A stretch of 63,910 nt of DNA, counting the filler, from Craspedostauros australis (Eukaryota), in the NCBI GenBank assembly GCA_030167865.1. It is 21 parts of 21 records of this genome, joined end to end, with 100 filler letters (N's around TTAATTAATTAA, not from the genome) between each part and the next. Parts side by side here need not be neighbours in the genome. Positions count along the whole stretch, not along the records: positions 49,800 to 60,732 come from JALAGF010002218.1; positions 60,833 to 62,286 come from JALAGF010002219.1; 19 more parts are not named here. One strand, 5' to 3'. Below the pieces are notes generated by a model. That model was not told where the DNA came from. It saw only the letters and a list, made by a program, of their open reading frames with translations, and searched no databases. Position numbers and translations under genes: made by a program. How positions within the stretch are numbered: position 1 is the stretch's first letter; every line of letters starts with the position of its first letter. Positions 49,700 to 62,386 of this stretch are shown in pieces.

Positions 49700-49799
49700 N
49701 NNNNNNNNNNNNNNNNNNNNNNNNNNNNNNNNNNNNNNNNNNNTTAATTAATTAANNNNNNNNNNNNNNNNNNNNNNNNNNNNNNNNNNNNNNNNNNNN

Positions 49800-50337
49800 C
49801 GGTCACAACTATATGATCTATATTATGTTTGAGTGCGATGGTATGGAGGTATGCTTGCGTTTAGTGCTCCCATGGAGGTCGGATTGATATTTGACCACTC
49901 GGATCCCCAATTTCGGTGGCAAGTTTGGTCAATTCTGGTTCCAACGCTTGCGTCATTATGACGTCATGGACGGTTGGGACACTTCTTTGGAACAACTCGA
50001 CCATGAAAACACGCCAACCAGAAGCCAAAAAACGTCCGTGAATGATGGGGGTGCTTGATGGATGGCATCAGTGCTCACCGAGAAAGAGAGCAACAGCCAC
50101 CAAACTTAAGGATGGTATATATAAACACTATTCGATACTATAACTTAAATATGAGTACAGGATGGCCCATACGAGCTGAGTGCGGAGAGTTGGACCACGG
50201 TTGATGCTGTTTCTGGCCTGTTTTCGTTCGGGACTTACGTAGAAAATGTACTAGATTCTACAGACCATTTTTCGTGATCCAAAAATCGCCAAAAATCGCC
50301 AATGGCGTTGGCTACAGCCGTTTGTTTGAGGCACTAG
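49800..50337. mobile_element. Terminus of a non-coding DNA transposon (535 bp identical to 60833-61367)
   Basis: Identity ends at …GAGGCAC; CTAG|T and CCAG|T follow; flanks diverge afterwards. Confidence 0.7.
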
Positions 50338-51344
50338 TGTCTGGCAGTTGGGACCGAGGGGGGGGTGTCAGCGTCTGTCCTTCTGTCCTTCCATGTGGGT
50401 GGAGGAACAATGACACACACACACAAGGTAACCTCATAAATTCGGTTCCTTCTTCTTTTGTGCAAGGGATTATCACAATTTCGTCTTGAAATGGCGATCC
50501 ACACGGTCAGATGCCATTAACGTTATATTGACGTTGTTTTTGAAAGCAATGGAGTGTCCGTGAATTTGTCCGTTTAATGACAGCTCGACAACACAATGCG
50601 AGTCGAATGATCGGATTCGAGTTGATTCAAAAGTTGATGCCACTTCGTCTTCATTTTGTGCGACGATTTGCAGTACTGAATCCACGTCACGGGCGGACAA
50701 TTCTGTTGGAGTTCTGCGCGTGTTCTTGTGGTGGCGACGCTTTTGTTGTTGTTGTTTGCGCGTAGAGTAACACGACGGAGAGGCCACGAAGAACACCGTG
50801 GGGTCGTTTTGCATTTTGGACGACCATGGCGGCAACATCGGCGGCAAATCACCAAGCAAGAAGAGAGGCACAACCGCAAACGCCAAAACATGACACCAAC
50901 ACAGTCGGAGTGAGAAAGGGAAGACCAACACAGCAAACGAAGCACTCGCATGGCCCAACCACCATTCTCCATTGTTTGGGACATTGGACGAACGACAAGC
51001 TGAAGCGCTGACAGAGTCGGACCCATCGGAGGCAGCTTGAAGCGATTTGAAGAAGAGAGAGACGAAAGAACGGCACCAAGAACAAGAGAGCGCATTGGAA
51101 TTCGCTCACAAAACCAACGCAACACAAGACAAGACAAGACATCCATTTGGTTGTTGTGCGAAACGACGGAACAGGAGGATACGAGCACACAGCAATCCAC
51201 GCTGCACGAAGAGACAGCGTCAAGCCAGGAAGTCGAAAAACGAACGAAAGGAAGGAAAGGGAAGGGAAGGAAACGAGAGCACCAACTACAGACACTACAA
51301 GTGCACACACCAGACTATAGCACACTGCCATACAAACAGCCAAG

Positions 51345-54300
51345 ATGATGATCAAGGGCAGCACGAGGAAGCCGTCGTCGTTTGGAACCAACGGACGCAG
51401 AGTTTGCGGATTCCAAACACCAGTCAAGATATGTCGCAAACCACGCCGTCCCGTGAAGAACAGCCTGTTCTCGCCGGGCAAGGTGGTGCGCGTGACACGA
51501 GCGCCCATCATGTCGGGGCTGACCGTCAGCACGAATCTGTACCAGAAGAAGTTTCAGCGCCCCATGATGAAACGCCGTGCCTATGGCAAGAACGCGGATG
51601 CGGCGCTGAAACGAAGCAGCTTGGGGACGCGTGCGCGGCATGACGGCATGGCGCGGTTGTTGGCCAGGGCCGGCAAGGGGCTGCACTTCATGCCAACGGG
51701 CAGGAGGCAAGATCATGGCGACGGTGATGGCGAGGGCAGCGACTCGGAGCAATCGGAAGACGAGAAGGAAGAGGACCGTCCCTTCGATCCATTGATGGTG
51801 TGGCAGAGTCCCCATCAAGGTGGCGAACTCAAGGGATTGCCATCGCGACTGTGAGTTTTTCAAACTGCGTATTATGCTTCGAGAGTCCAGTGTTCTGGGA
51901 AGGCTTGGTTCCATGCCACACATGATGGGTTCTGCACTTGCGCACTTCTGCACTTACTGGTTCTCTTACTCGGGCTCGGACTAGAACTCCAACTGGAACT
52001 CACGTTGTCTCTCCTTGCTTCTATCTTTCCATGCAATGTCTCCATTCGGCCGTACTCATGTACATATCAATACACATCCACGCACACATGCACGTCACGC
52101 CACACATTCACATTCATGGTTCATGACAGCGTGATGGAAGCGCGGACGGATGAGTACGGAATCGAGGAGACGGTGTCGGTGTTGCAACCAGCCAAGCTGT
52201 CCAGCTACACCAAACACGATGTCTACGTGCCACCCGTCCTGGCCAAGTGGCTGCGGCCCCATCAGCGCGAGGGTGTCAAGTTCATGTACGAGTGCGTCAT
52301 GGGACTTCGCGATTTCAAAGGCCAGGGATGCATCCTCGCCGATGACATGGGGTTGGGCAAGACCCTGCAGTCCGTCGCCCTCATCTACACCCTGCTGCAG
52401 ACCGGCATCATGAGCAACGGCTCCGCGACAGCCAAGCGCGTCATCGTCGTCTGCCCCTGTTCCCTGGTCAAGAATTGGGACAACGAGTTCGTCAAGTGGC
52501 TGGGCCCACGCGGTGTGAAGTCTTTAGCGCTGGCGGAAGCAGATCGCAAGAAGGTCGAGAAGGACCTCGACGCCTTCGTCAACACGAAACTCTTCAACAT
52601 CCTCATCTGCAGCTACGAATGCCTCCGAACTCACGTCAAGCGGCTGCTCAAGAAGGACAACTGCTGCGACCTGCTGGTCTGCGACGAGGCCCACCGACTG
52701 AAGAACAAGGACAACCAGACATCGCGAGCGTTGAACTCGCTGCCCGTCAAGCGGCGAGTGCTGCTCACAGGAACGCCCATGCAAAACGACCTGCAGGAGT
52801 TCTACGCCATGGTGGACTTCACCAACCCTGGCATCCTCGGCACGCAGGAGGAGTTCCGCAAGAGCGTCCTGTTCCCCATCCTGCGCGGCCGCGAGCCGGA
52901 TGCCACCGAAGCGCAGAAGAAGCGCATGTGCGAGGTGCAGGAGGAGATGAGCTCCACCGTCAACGAGTTCATCCTGCGTCGGGTGAACACGCTCAACGCC
53001 CAGCACTTGCCGCCCAAGCTGGTACAGGTGGTGTGCTGCAACCTCACGGAGATCCAGCAGAACATGTACCAACACCTGGTCAACAGCAAGGCCATGCAGC
53101 ATGTGCTGGATGGCAAGCAGGTCAACTGTCTGGGATCGATCCAGATGCTGATGAAGCTGTGCAACCACCCCAAGCTGATCGCCGACGAAGAGCAAGGGCA
53201 CAGCACCAAGTCGACCAAGTCGTCGGGGAGACGCGCTGCCTCGAGGAACGTGCGGTACACGGATGACGACGACAAGCCATCGGCAGCGCCAGGAGCCGAC
53301 GGCGTCAGCAAGTTCCTGCCGTTCTCGGAGGGCGGCGGCGGCCGCGGTCACAACGAGCCGGTGCATCCGGAATGGAGCGGCAAGATGTATGTCCTGTTCC
53401 GTCTCATGAGAGAGATGCGGAGGCCAGGCAACGGCAACGACAAGATCGTCATCGTGTCGAACTACACGCAGTCCCTCGATCTCATCGGCCGCATGTGCCG
53501 GCAGAACTCGTGGGGCTTCTGCCGCCTGGATGGCAGCATCTCGATGAAGAAGCGCCAGAAGATGGTCGACGAGTTCAACGATCCCACGAGCCCCCTCGTC
53601 GCCTTCCTGCTCTCCAGCAAGGCCGGCGGCTGCGGGTTGAATCTCATCGGTGGCAATCGGCTGGTGCTCTTCGATCCCGACTGGAATCCCGCCGTCGACA
53701 AGCAGGCCGCGGCACGGTGCTGGCGCGACGGACAGAAGAAGCGGTGCTTCACCTACCGCTTCCTGGCAACGGGGACGGTGGAGGAGAAGATCTTCCAGCG
53801 CCAGCTGTCGAAGGAAGGCCTGCAGTCCGTCGTCGATGACAAGCAGCAGGTCAACGCCCTCAGCACGAAGGATTTGAGGAATCTGTTCAAGCTGCGGCAC
53901 GGAACGCCGTCGGACACCCACGACAAGCTCAAGTGCAAACGATGCAAGATCATCACGGACAACGCCGAGGCCGAAGACATGAAGGCGCTGCCGAAGAAGC
54001 TGGCTTGCTGCGCGAAGCTGGTGGAGGAGATGCTGGAGCAGGAGGATGCCGAGTTCTTCAAGAAGCACCTCGATCCTGAAGAGCACGACGTCACTAAGGA
54101 GAAGTACGAGAAGATCGTCAAGCAACCGATGGATCTGCTGGTCGTGCAAACGCGGCTTGGCATGGTGGAAGGCCAAGCGGCATCGTACAAGAACATCTCC
54201 GGCCTGGCCAAGGACGTCAACCGCATATTCTCCAACGTCATGAGAGTGTGGTCGCCGGGCGATCCCATCGCCGACGCTGCCCGCAAGCTGCAGAGCTGGT

Positions 54301-55271
54301 GGGTGACGCGTTGGACGGAGCTCGTTCCCGTCCTCATGACCATGAGGGGCGATGACGATGAGGCTCTTGTCAAGCATGGCGCCGGGGAAGGTGACGATCA
54401 CGACGATATGATGAACCAGTGCGTGGCCATCCAGAACGAACGTGGCGATGACTACCAGGAACAGATCGGCATGCCCGATGAGGAGAACATGAGATCATGG
54501 TCCCATCACCACACCTCCGACACCGTCGACGACCCTGTGTTCCGCGCCGCCATGCGTGGCACCGATGCCGTGTCGTTCGTGTTCGGCCTCGAAGTCACGT
54601 GGTCTTTGATCCAGCAACGGCAGCAGGAAGAGGAAGAGCGCAAGGCGCTGGAGGAGATGGAGACGATCGAGGAGCTCGACGATGAAAACGACGAAAACGA
54701 CATGGCCGATGCGGATGGTGACAGCAATGGTGGCCACGATGGCGACGAAACTGCGCAATCCAAAAGCAAGAACAAGATCAAGAGCAAGAGCAAGGGTGGA
54801 AAGAAGTCCAAATCGAAAACATCCATGCACGACGCATCCGATGATGAGGAAGAGGATGACGATGACGACGGTGAGGACCTGAAGGACTTCATCGAAGAGG
54901 ACGGCGATGACGATGATGGTGATGACCAAGAAGTGGAGGAGGAGGATGACGACGATGACGATGATGACATGGATGTGGTGGAGGAGGAAGAAGAGGGCGA
55001 CGGCATGGATGACGAAGAAGACGAAGACGACAACGATGGCGGCCAAGATCCCGCAATGACAGCGAAGAATCACGATGGCTCCACTCAGGAAACGACGATA
55101 TCCAACAGCCAATCTCTTTCTTCGGGAACGGCGGACGGATCCTTGTTGCCAAGCCAGGATGATGGATCGACATGGGACTGTCCCAAGTGCACCTTCGTCA
55201 ACGAGCTGTCAGCCCGCAAATGCGGAGCCTGCGGCAAAGCGAAACCAAGGAGGCGAAGTCGCAAGACATGA
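51345..55271 (+). CDS. RAD54: RAD54-type SNF2 translocase with inserted bromodomain-like module, acidic tail and C-terminal RanBP2 zinc finger; intron 51851-52129
   Basis: LRPHQREGV, ILADDMGLGKT, CDEAHRLKN, LTGTPMQN, QAAARCWRDGQK; Rad54 tail motifs SDTHDKLKCKRC…WSHH…VSFVF; CT|GTGAG…CAG|C keeps the frame; WDCPKCTFVN..CGAC. Confidence 0.93.
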
Positions 55272-56398
55272 GGCCATCTACCACCATGACGAAACATCAC
55301 GGCACCATCTTTCTTTGCCTTCTCTCGCAGAATACTATTTATGCGAGCAACAAGACTGCCTATACCAAAGGCACGTGCTGCTCGTCCCCAGAGTCTCTTC
55401 TGTGACACATAGCAAGTCACTCAACTACTAGCATGTGTGGTGCAGCAAAGCAATAACACAGTCCACTCCATGCACGAACACCCACATAGTATTGCATTCC
55501 ATAACGTAGAGATCCATTTTAGCACAGCTTTATTCTATTATCCGTTGCACCATGTCGCGAAGACAGAGAGAGACGATGACGATGCGGAGGCGTGTATCAC
55601 GCGTGGCTCGCAGCATCCAAGTCCGATTGTGCCTGTGAAGGGGTGGTCGTAGTGACAAAAAACGCCCAATGTATCGGCAGAGGTGGACAGATCTGAGCGA
55701 AATGAAGGGAGTTGTGGCTGACGTACGATGACCTCTTCACACGAACAGCGTGCGCAGAAGGGTACATTCCAACCAAGAAGAGAAGTAGACGATCTTCAAC
55801 ACAGCACTCTATGCCCGGTTCGTGGTGATGTTGATGTTTGATGTCTTGAGTGTTTGTTAAGTTGTTCGTCGGTCGCAACTGCGTTGCCATGACCCGGCGG
55901 CATGACATGGACAAAAGAAATCGAAAATCGCACTCGCAATCCGCAACAATCCTTTGATAGAGGACAAACTCGCCCACGATACGAGTACGAGCGCATCCAT
56001 CAAGAACACGTGAGTATAAGTACGACACTGAAGAAGATGATGGATCTTTGTGTTTGTTTCGTCTTTATTATTATTATTGTAATCGATGTATCCGTTTGAT
56101 GTCCTCACTAGTTGACTCCTTTCTTGGCTGGTTCATGGGCCTTCGTCATCTCACAGATGGAATGATCTGTCGTCCCGATGGTCTCATGCCACTCTTCGTA
56201 TGTTCCGTTCTTCTGTACTCGTACCATGTCAACAGTGTCGTTGCTCTGTGCGTGTGTTGCGCCGTGCCACGCTGTGCATCGTTGTGTGCTGTGCTGTGCT
56301 TTTGTTGCCCTTGTGCGTGTGCTGCGCTGTCATGTCTTGGTATCCCTGTTGTGCTTGTCGCTGCTTCTGCTTCTGCCGCTGCTCTTGCTGTTTGGTTG

Positions 56399-57901
56399 TT
56401 ACTGTGCGAGAATCCCCAATTTCTCTGGCACTTTCATGATGCCCTCAACCCGGTCAGGCAACACGGAACCAAGGCGGACCGCAAGCGTCGTCACGAGCCC
56501 GGAAGGCAGGGACTTGAGCAGATCCTGGCTGTCGGGCTGCTGGGCGTTGGCAAGATCCAACGCTCTTGAGACGCCGTCGGTGCCGAGGGCATCAAACAGC
56601 AGCACGGCGAGGTCCGAGCATGCTGGATCCCAGGAGAAGTTCGTCCGCCGGCCCTTGGCGAGCAGCGATCGGATCTCCTTCTCGGTCGGCGACAGCGAGG
56701 CCTCGTTGATGCTCTCCCTCGACACGGGTATGTCCATGCGCAGGAGCGGTCTCATGGGAAGGGTGGCTGCGTTCTCCCCCATCAGCTCTGCGAAGTCCCT
56801 GAGGACCAGCAGCTGCAGCAGCCGGACCTTGCCGTAGTCGCAGACAAAGTCTAGGTTCGCGTACGTCATCCTTCGCTTGGCGTCCATCTCTTCTGACGTT
56901 GGGAAATTGCGGAAGCACTGGAAGATGATGGGGACGGGCATTTTGCGGCTGCGGACGAGGAGCGACTTGAACTCCTCGATGTACTCGCTCATGGGGCAGT
57001 CCTCGCGCATGAGGGCGGGTCGGCCCTCCGGCATGAGCTTCCATGTGCTGTCGAGGAAGTAGTCGCGATCCTCGGTGTTGAACGAGCCCAGATCCCAGTT
57101 GGCCGTGGTCACGCCCTTCTCGACGGTGGCGACGATCCATTCCTGGGACTTGCCCTCGCATATCGGGAGCAGGCGGTCGTAGAGTCTGTCCATGGGGTTC
57201 TTGCCGTTGGCGTCAGTGCCCCGGAATGGGATGGTGGCCTCGATGCAGGCCGCGATGCGCACCAGATGGTCCCAGTGCAGGAAGTCCTTGAGCACGAGCA
57301 CGGCCACCATGGCCGAGAGGAACTCGTTGGTGCCGAACTTTGGCAGCGCAGCGCCGACCTGGAAGCCGTACATGTTGACGACCATGGCCGAGACCGGCTC
57401 GTCCATGACGCGTTCTGAGAGGATGGGGTAGAGGTCGCCCTCCCTTGGCGGGTCGAGGCAATCCCTGAGGATCTCGTCCTGCTGTGGTGAAAAGTGCTTG
57501 TCGATGGTGTAGTAGATGACGTCGTGGAAGAGCGCTGACAGCACAACCTCGGCGTCGTCCATCTCCTTGGAGATGTCGAAGACGTGCTGCATGGAATGGT
57601 AGACGCGGCCCCTCGTCGTCATGGAGGTGTAGATAAGGCTCGTCATGGTCTCGATCCTGTCATCGTCGAGCGGGCGCGTGGTGCGCAGCCTATCGAGGGT
57701 GGAGCGCAGCATGGAGGCGAGCCTGTCGAAGTGCTTCTCCTTGGGTATCAGGCCCAGAACGAAGTCATTTGGGAAGTAGGAGGAGAGCTCCTGGTTGGTG
57801 TCCACCGCAGCGTCCATGCCCGCGCTCTTGTGAGTTTCGGTGGTGGTCGTGGCTGTGCTCGTTGCGGTGGCGCTGTTCATGATGATGGTCGATGCGGTCA
57901 T
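56399..57901 (-). CDS. HD-superfamily metal-dependent phosphohydrolase-like protein, intronless
   Basis: RVYHSMQH, ALFHDVIY, NEFLSA, IEATIPF and ANWDLGSF; strong coding GC3 bias. Confidence 0.82.
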   Translation of the reverse strand: MTASTIIMNSATATSTATTTTETHKSAGMDAAVDTNQELSSYFPNDFVLGLIPKEKHFDRLASMLRSTLDRLRTTRPLDDDRIETMTSLIYTSMTTRGRVYHSMQHVFDISKEMDDAEVVLSALFHDVIYYTIDKHFSPQQDEILRDCLDPPREGDLYPILSERVMDEPVSAMVVNMYGFQVGAALPKFGTNEFLSAMVAVLVLKDFLHWDHLVRIAACIEATIPFRGTDANGKNPMDRLYDRLLPICEGKSQEWIVATVEKGVTTANWDLGSFNTEDRDYFLDSTWKLMPEGRPALMREDCPMSEYIEEFKSLLVRSRKMPVPIIFQCFRNFPTSEEMDAKRRMTYANLDFVCDYGKVRLLQLLVLRDFAELMGENAATLPMRPLLRMDIPVSRESINEASLSPTEKEIRSLLAKGRRTNFSWDPACSDLAVLLFDALGTDGVSRALDLANAQQPDSQDLLKSLPSGLVTTLAVRLGSVLPDRVEGIMKVPEKLGILAQ

Positions 57902-60832
57902 GGCAATGTTTTTTATTTGTGCTGAAGTCTGTGCTGAAGTCGATGTGGGGAATGTCGATGTGAGGAATGTCGCTGAACACAGAAAACGAGGATGAGCTCG
58001 GGTTGCGGCGGTTCTGTTCTGGTTTGTTTGTTGTTGCTGGGACTGCAGGAATGGCGGTTGCGCTACTACGAGTACGGCACAGTCGTGGTAACTGCAGGTG
58101 CTGTGCGAGAGATGCCGGCTGCTTGTTCGATTTCAGACAAAGGCGATGATGGCTGTGCAGTGTCAATGTCGCAATGCAGAAAAGCCCCCGTGTTGGTGCG
58201 TGATGCTGATTGCCTGATGGTGGAGACGCCGACGTTCTGACCCAAAGAAAAAAGAGGAGTCTTGATTGTCCCCTTCTTGTGTGGTTGCGATTGCTCTGGT
58301 GATGTGAACTGGTAGCGAGGTTGCCTCGAGTCTCAAGATCAAAGTCGGGAGTGGTTGATGCCTCTCTTCACGACCCGTTTTTTCTCTGTGCACTTTCTGG
58401 AGATCGGATGAGCGGATGGACGTGTCTCGCTTTCGCACTTGTGTGTATCGCAGATAGGGTTGATGGTGAGGTGGACTTTAATCTTGCTTTTCTCACGAAG
58501 TCAAAGTCAAAGTCGATGCTGATGTTGAATCGGGCTGCAGTCGGGAAGTATGGGAACCAAGTGGCGGGTGGAGTTGGGTCGAGTACTGTTGGAGGCAGTC
58601 AGGTGGTCTGCTCTGCTGGTGGTGTGCTGTGTTTCGATCTGCTTCGATCTGCTGTACTCTATTCAGTTCTGTTCTATGCTGAAGTGGGCAGCGGGCAATC
58701 GCAAGAGGAAGCGTATGGTGCCAATAAGAACACGAAGCCGTCAAGTTCGTTTTGGGTGATTGATTGCTTGGTTGCTTGATTGTTCGGTTGCTTGATTGCT
58801 TGGTGTGTGTCCTCTTGAGGGCTCTTGCGTGAAGTGAATTATTATGGCAGAACAGGTGGGGAACTGATCTGATCCCAACTGAATCGATCTGAACTGAATG
58901 GAACGTTGCCTTGGAGGTCGGTTGTACCCGTATGGCAAGATTGTGACTGAGGTGTTGATGGAGTGGATGGAGTGAATGTTGTGAATGTTGGTTGGTGATC
59001 GTGAAGATGATTGAGCCAAGGTTGTGTCAGCTGATTCAATGGGAAACAGCCTTGCGGAGGCCTTGCTGAGGGTGGAAGAATCGGGCGCCCTTTGACGAGG
59101 CACTCCACGTCAACGCACAAGAAGGGGGAGGGTGGTGTCCCGCCACTGCGGATTGTCTCGTTTCCTTGGCGTTTGTCTGAGGTGTTTCGCCTTGTTTCTG
59201 TTCCGCCCCGCACCAAAAAAGCCGAGATGGTTGCATGCAGGAAAGTTGTGAAGACAAGGCCCAAATGACTGCAAAACTGCACAGAACCCAATATGTGTCG
59301 CTTTTCACTTCTGTCCACGACTCCGGGACGACGTCTTCTGCGACGAAAATTAATATCATATTCACCACTGGAATCATCATATCCATATTCATGTTTATCA
59401 TAAATAATAGAACAGGAGTACCGTGTGACTTAGACGAAGCAGGAGCACTTGTGCCTTGCCCCAACCAAGGCTGTGACTTGTGCAGTGTTGGCTTCAGTCA
59501 TGGTTGCGGTTGCGGCTGCGGTTATCATTGCTGACCGCAAACGCTGCTTAGCTCCACGACCCACAAGTAAGATTGCGAGAGTCTGTTCCACACAAGCTCG
59601 CACTCTGTTCTACAGGGCCTGTGTGGTATGGAACGGCACTCTGCGTCGCCTTTCAGCCGAGTGCACGATAAGAACGCAACAGAATAACCAGGCCCAACTT
59701 GATCCATGTGGAAACGCTTCGATCGCAGAGTTCATCGGTTCAACGCGACGCGTCTCAGTCGGATGCGGAAAACGCCAGAGAGGGCAAGGAAAGAGATGGA
59801 GTGCAGTCCGCACACCAGAAGAGGCAGCTATGAAACCGTGGCACCACAGGCAAGATACAAAAAGTGCTCTGCTTCGCTCTCCATCTCTTTCTCTCTCTCT
59901 CGTCATTGGTATCGTTTTTGCTATTGTTGGTGGCGCTCGTACGAGGAGCACGATTAGTCCATGTGTCTCTTCCTTGCAGTATTGGTACAGGAGCAAGGAG
60001 CCCTCTCTCGAAGACACCTGCGAGCGCCGAACACGACGACCACGAGCTGTTCCACTCTCTTGTGCCCATCAGGCGATTGCGAACTGAGGATGGTGCTGGG
60101 ACCGACAATCGAATTCGTGGTCGCGAAACAACGAGAAATAGAAGCAAACACGCTGACAAATGAATCGTGTTATCGAATGCTGCATAGCCTCCCGCCACGC
60201 GATGTCACACCATGTCACGTCGCCACCATTCCCAACAGGGCATCATCACTCAGCTTCTGTCCTTGTGGTGTGCGCCCCTGTGCCTTGTGCATGTTTCGCC
60301 TTGCGCTGCTCTGTTTTCGTTTTGTACCCAATTGCTTTGTTGATGTTGTCAATGCAGCACAAGGACACCAAAACAAGAGGCAGAGGTTCACTCAGATTGC
60401 GCGCGTCCGAAGAGGCCACCCACGCAATAAAACACGCAGAACACACAACCAGGGATGGGAGGGATTGCCAAAAAGAGAGAAGAGAACACCATGGGGGGCA
60501 GTTCAAAATGCAATAATTTGCTCTATTCCATAGCGCTTAAGTCATAAATCACTTGTTTCCGCCTAGTTCTTATCCTCGACGGAATAATATATAATTTTCG
60601 TTCTTTTTNGGATAATTGGTGCTTTTCCGCAGAATTTGGTCGGTGTCCTCTCGCTCTTCGCTGTTGCTCCTTTTGTGCACTTTACACTGTGTCCGTGTTC
60701 GCTGTGCGTATCAACGTCGCCATGTCGAGGAGNNNNNNNNNNNNNNNNNNNNNNNNNNNNNNNNNNNNNNNNNNNNTTAATTAATTAANNNNNNNNNNNN
60801 NNNNNNNNNNNNNNNNNNNNNNNNNNNNNNNN

Positions 60833-61370
60833 CGGTCACAACTATATGATCTATATTATGTTTGAGTGCGATGGTATGGAGGTATGCTTGCGTTTAGTGC
60901 TCCCATGGAGGTCGGATTGATATTTGACCACTCGGATCCCCAATTTCGGTGGCAAGTTTGGTCAATTCTGGTTCCAACGCTTGCGTCATTATGACGTCAT
61001 GGACGGTTGGGACACTTCTTTGGAACAACTCGACCATGAAAACACGCCAACCAGAAGCCAAAAAACGTCCGTGAATGATGGGGGTGCTTGATGGATGGCA
61101 TCAGTGCTCACCGAGAAAGAGAGCAACAGCCACCAAACTTAAGGATGGTATATATAAACACTATTCGATACTATAACTTAAATATGAGTACAGGATGGCC
61201 CATACGAGCTGAGTGCGGAGAGTTGGACCACGGTTGATGCTGTTTCTGGCCTGTTTTCGTTCGGGACTTACGTAGAAAATGTACTAGATTCTACAGACCA
61301 TTTTTCGTGATCCAAAAATCGCCAAAAATCGCCAATGGCGTTGGCTACAGCCGTTTGTTTGAGGCACCAG
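60833..61370. mobile_element. Second copy of the same DNA-transposon terminus
   Basis: Identical to 49800-50334. Confidence 0.7.
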
Positions 61371-61835
61371 TATCACACCACTGCAGAGAGAGAGGCTGAG
61401 TGGCTTGTATGCGTCTGTCGTATGTGCCGATGGAGGCGCGGCAAGGGCCGAATGCCATGACATCCATGCGAGCGCTGTGTCGACAATGAATCAGGAAGGG
61501 TCATTGGTGGTGATGGAAAGAAGACCATGGTGCCCCGCACACCTGACACGAGTACATGCCGTACGCGCCGATTGCGACAGGTATCGTGCATCAGCGAGTG
61601 GACCAGTCAACACATCAACGCAAGCGAGTAACATGTTCTTGTGCCTTGCGTCCAACACTGACCATTCCATTCCCATAGAACCACATCACAACTCACACCC
61701 CATCCTACATTCGCAACACAAACTCCAGCTGCCAATTCTAACTCTTATAAAGAACGAGTGCTCTCCAAACAACGTACTCTGCTCTGCTCTCCTCTGCTTA
61801 TACCACAATCCACAATCCCCATTTCTCACTCCACG

Positions 61836-62286
61836 ATGCCTTCGTTCAGCCTCAAGCGGAAATCGTCGAGCGACGTCGATGCCGTCGGCAGTATCGATGA
61901 ACAGCACATCACCATCGTGTCTGCTCCCGCAGATGGCGACGATGCCGGCGATGATGCCGACTGGGCCGAACACTCGGAGCCCCTGCGGCTCTCCAAACGA
62001 GATGCGCATCGCAGTCACCAGTCCGGCGACGTAAGCAGGGCGTCCACCACGAGCACCACAGAAATGTCCGTCTCCAGCGCGTCGGATTACCAATCATCCA
62101 GGCGGGAAAGCAACCTCAGAGGCTCGATACTCATGCGCAACGTCTCGCAACGCCCCGTCCGAATGCTCAGCATCAACGCCAATCGATTGAGGGAGTACTC
62201 TCACGAGCGGCTGGATTTCAGTCGGATCAGGCTCGTGGGCAGAAGCGAGGAGATGAAGACACTGAACCAGATGCTGGATCGTCACG
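61836..62286 (+). CDS. N-terminus of a probable STAND/AAA_16-type ATPase, 3'-truncated
   Basis: S-rich disordered leader, then LDFSRIRLVGRSEEMKTL, the hGR.E motif that precedes the STAND P-loop; the P-loop itself lies beyond the contig end. Confidence 0.55.
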
Positions 62287-62386
62287 NNNNNNNNNNNNNN
62301 NNNNNNNNNNNNNNNNNNNNNNNNNNNNNNTTAATTAATTAANNNNNNNNNNNNNNNNNNNNNNNNNNNNNNNNNNNNNNNNNNNN

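Noticed and set aside
52524..54401. 625-aa antisense ORF (also 54506-55033, 39470-40510, 30644-31561, 12977-13672)
   Set aside because: Shadow frames of GC3-biased or repetitive real genes on the opposite strand; no motifs.
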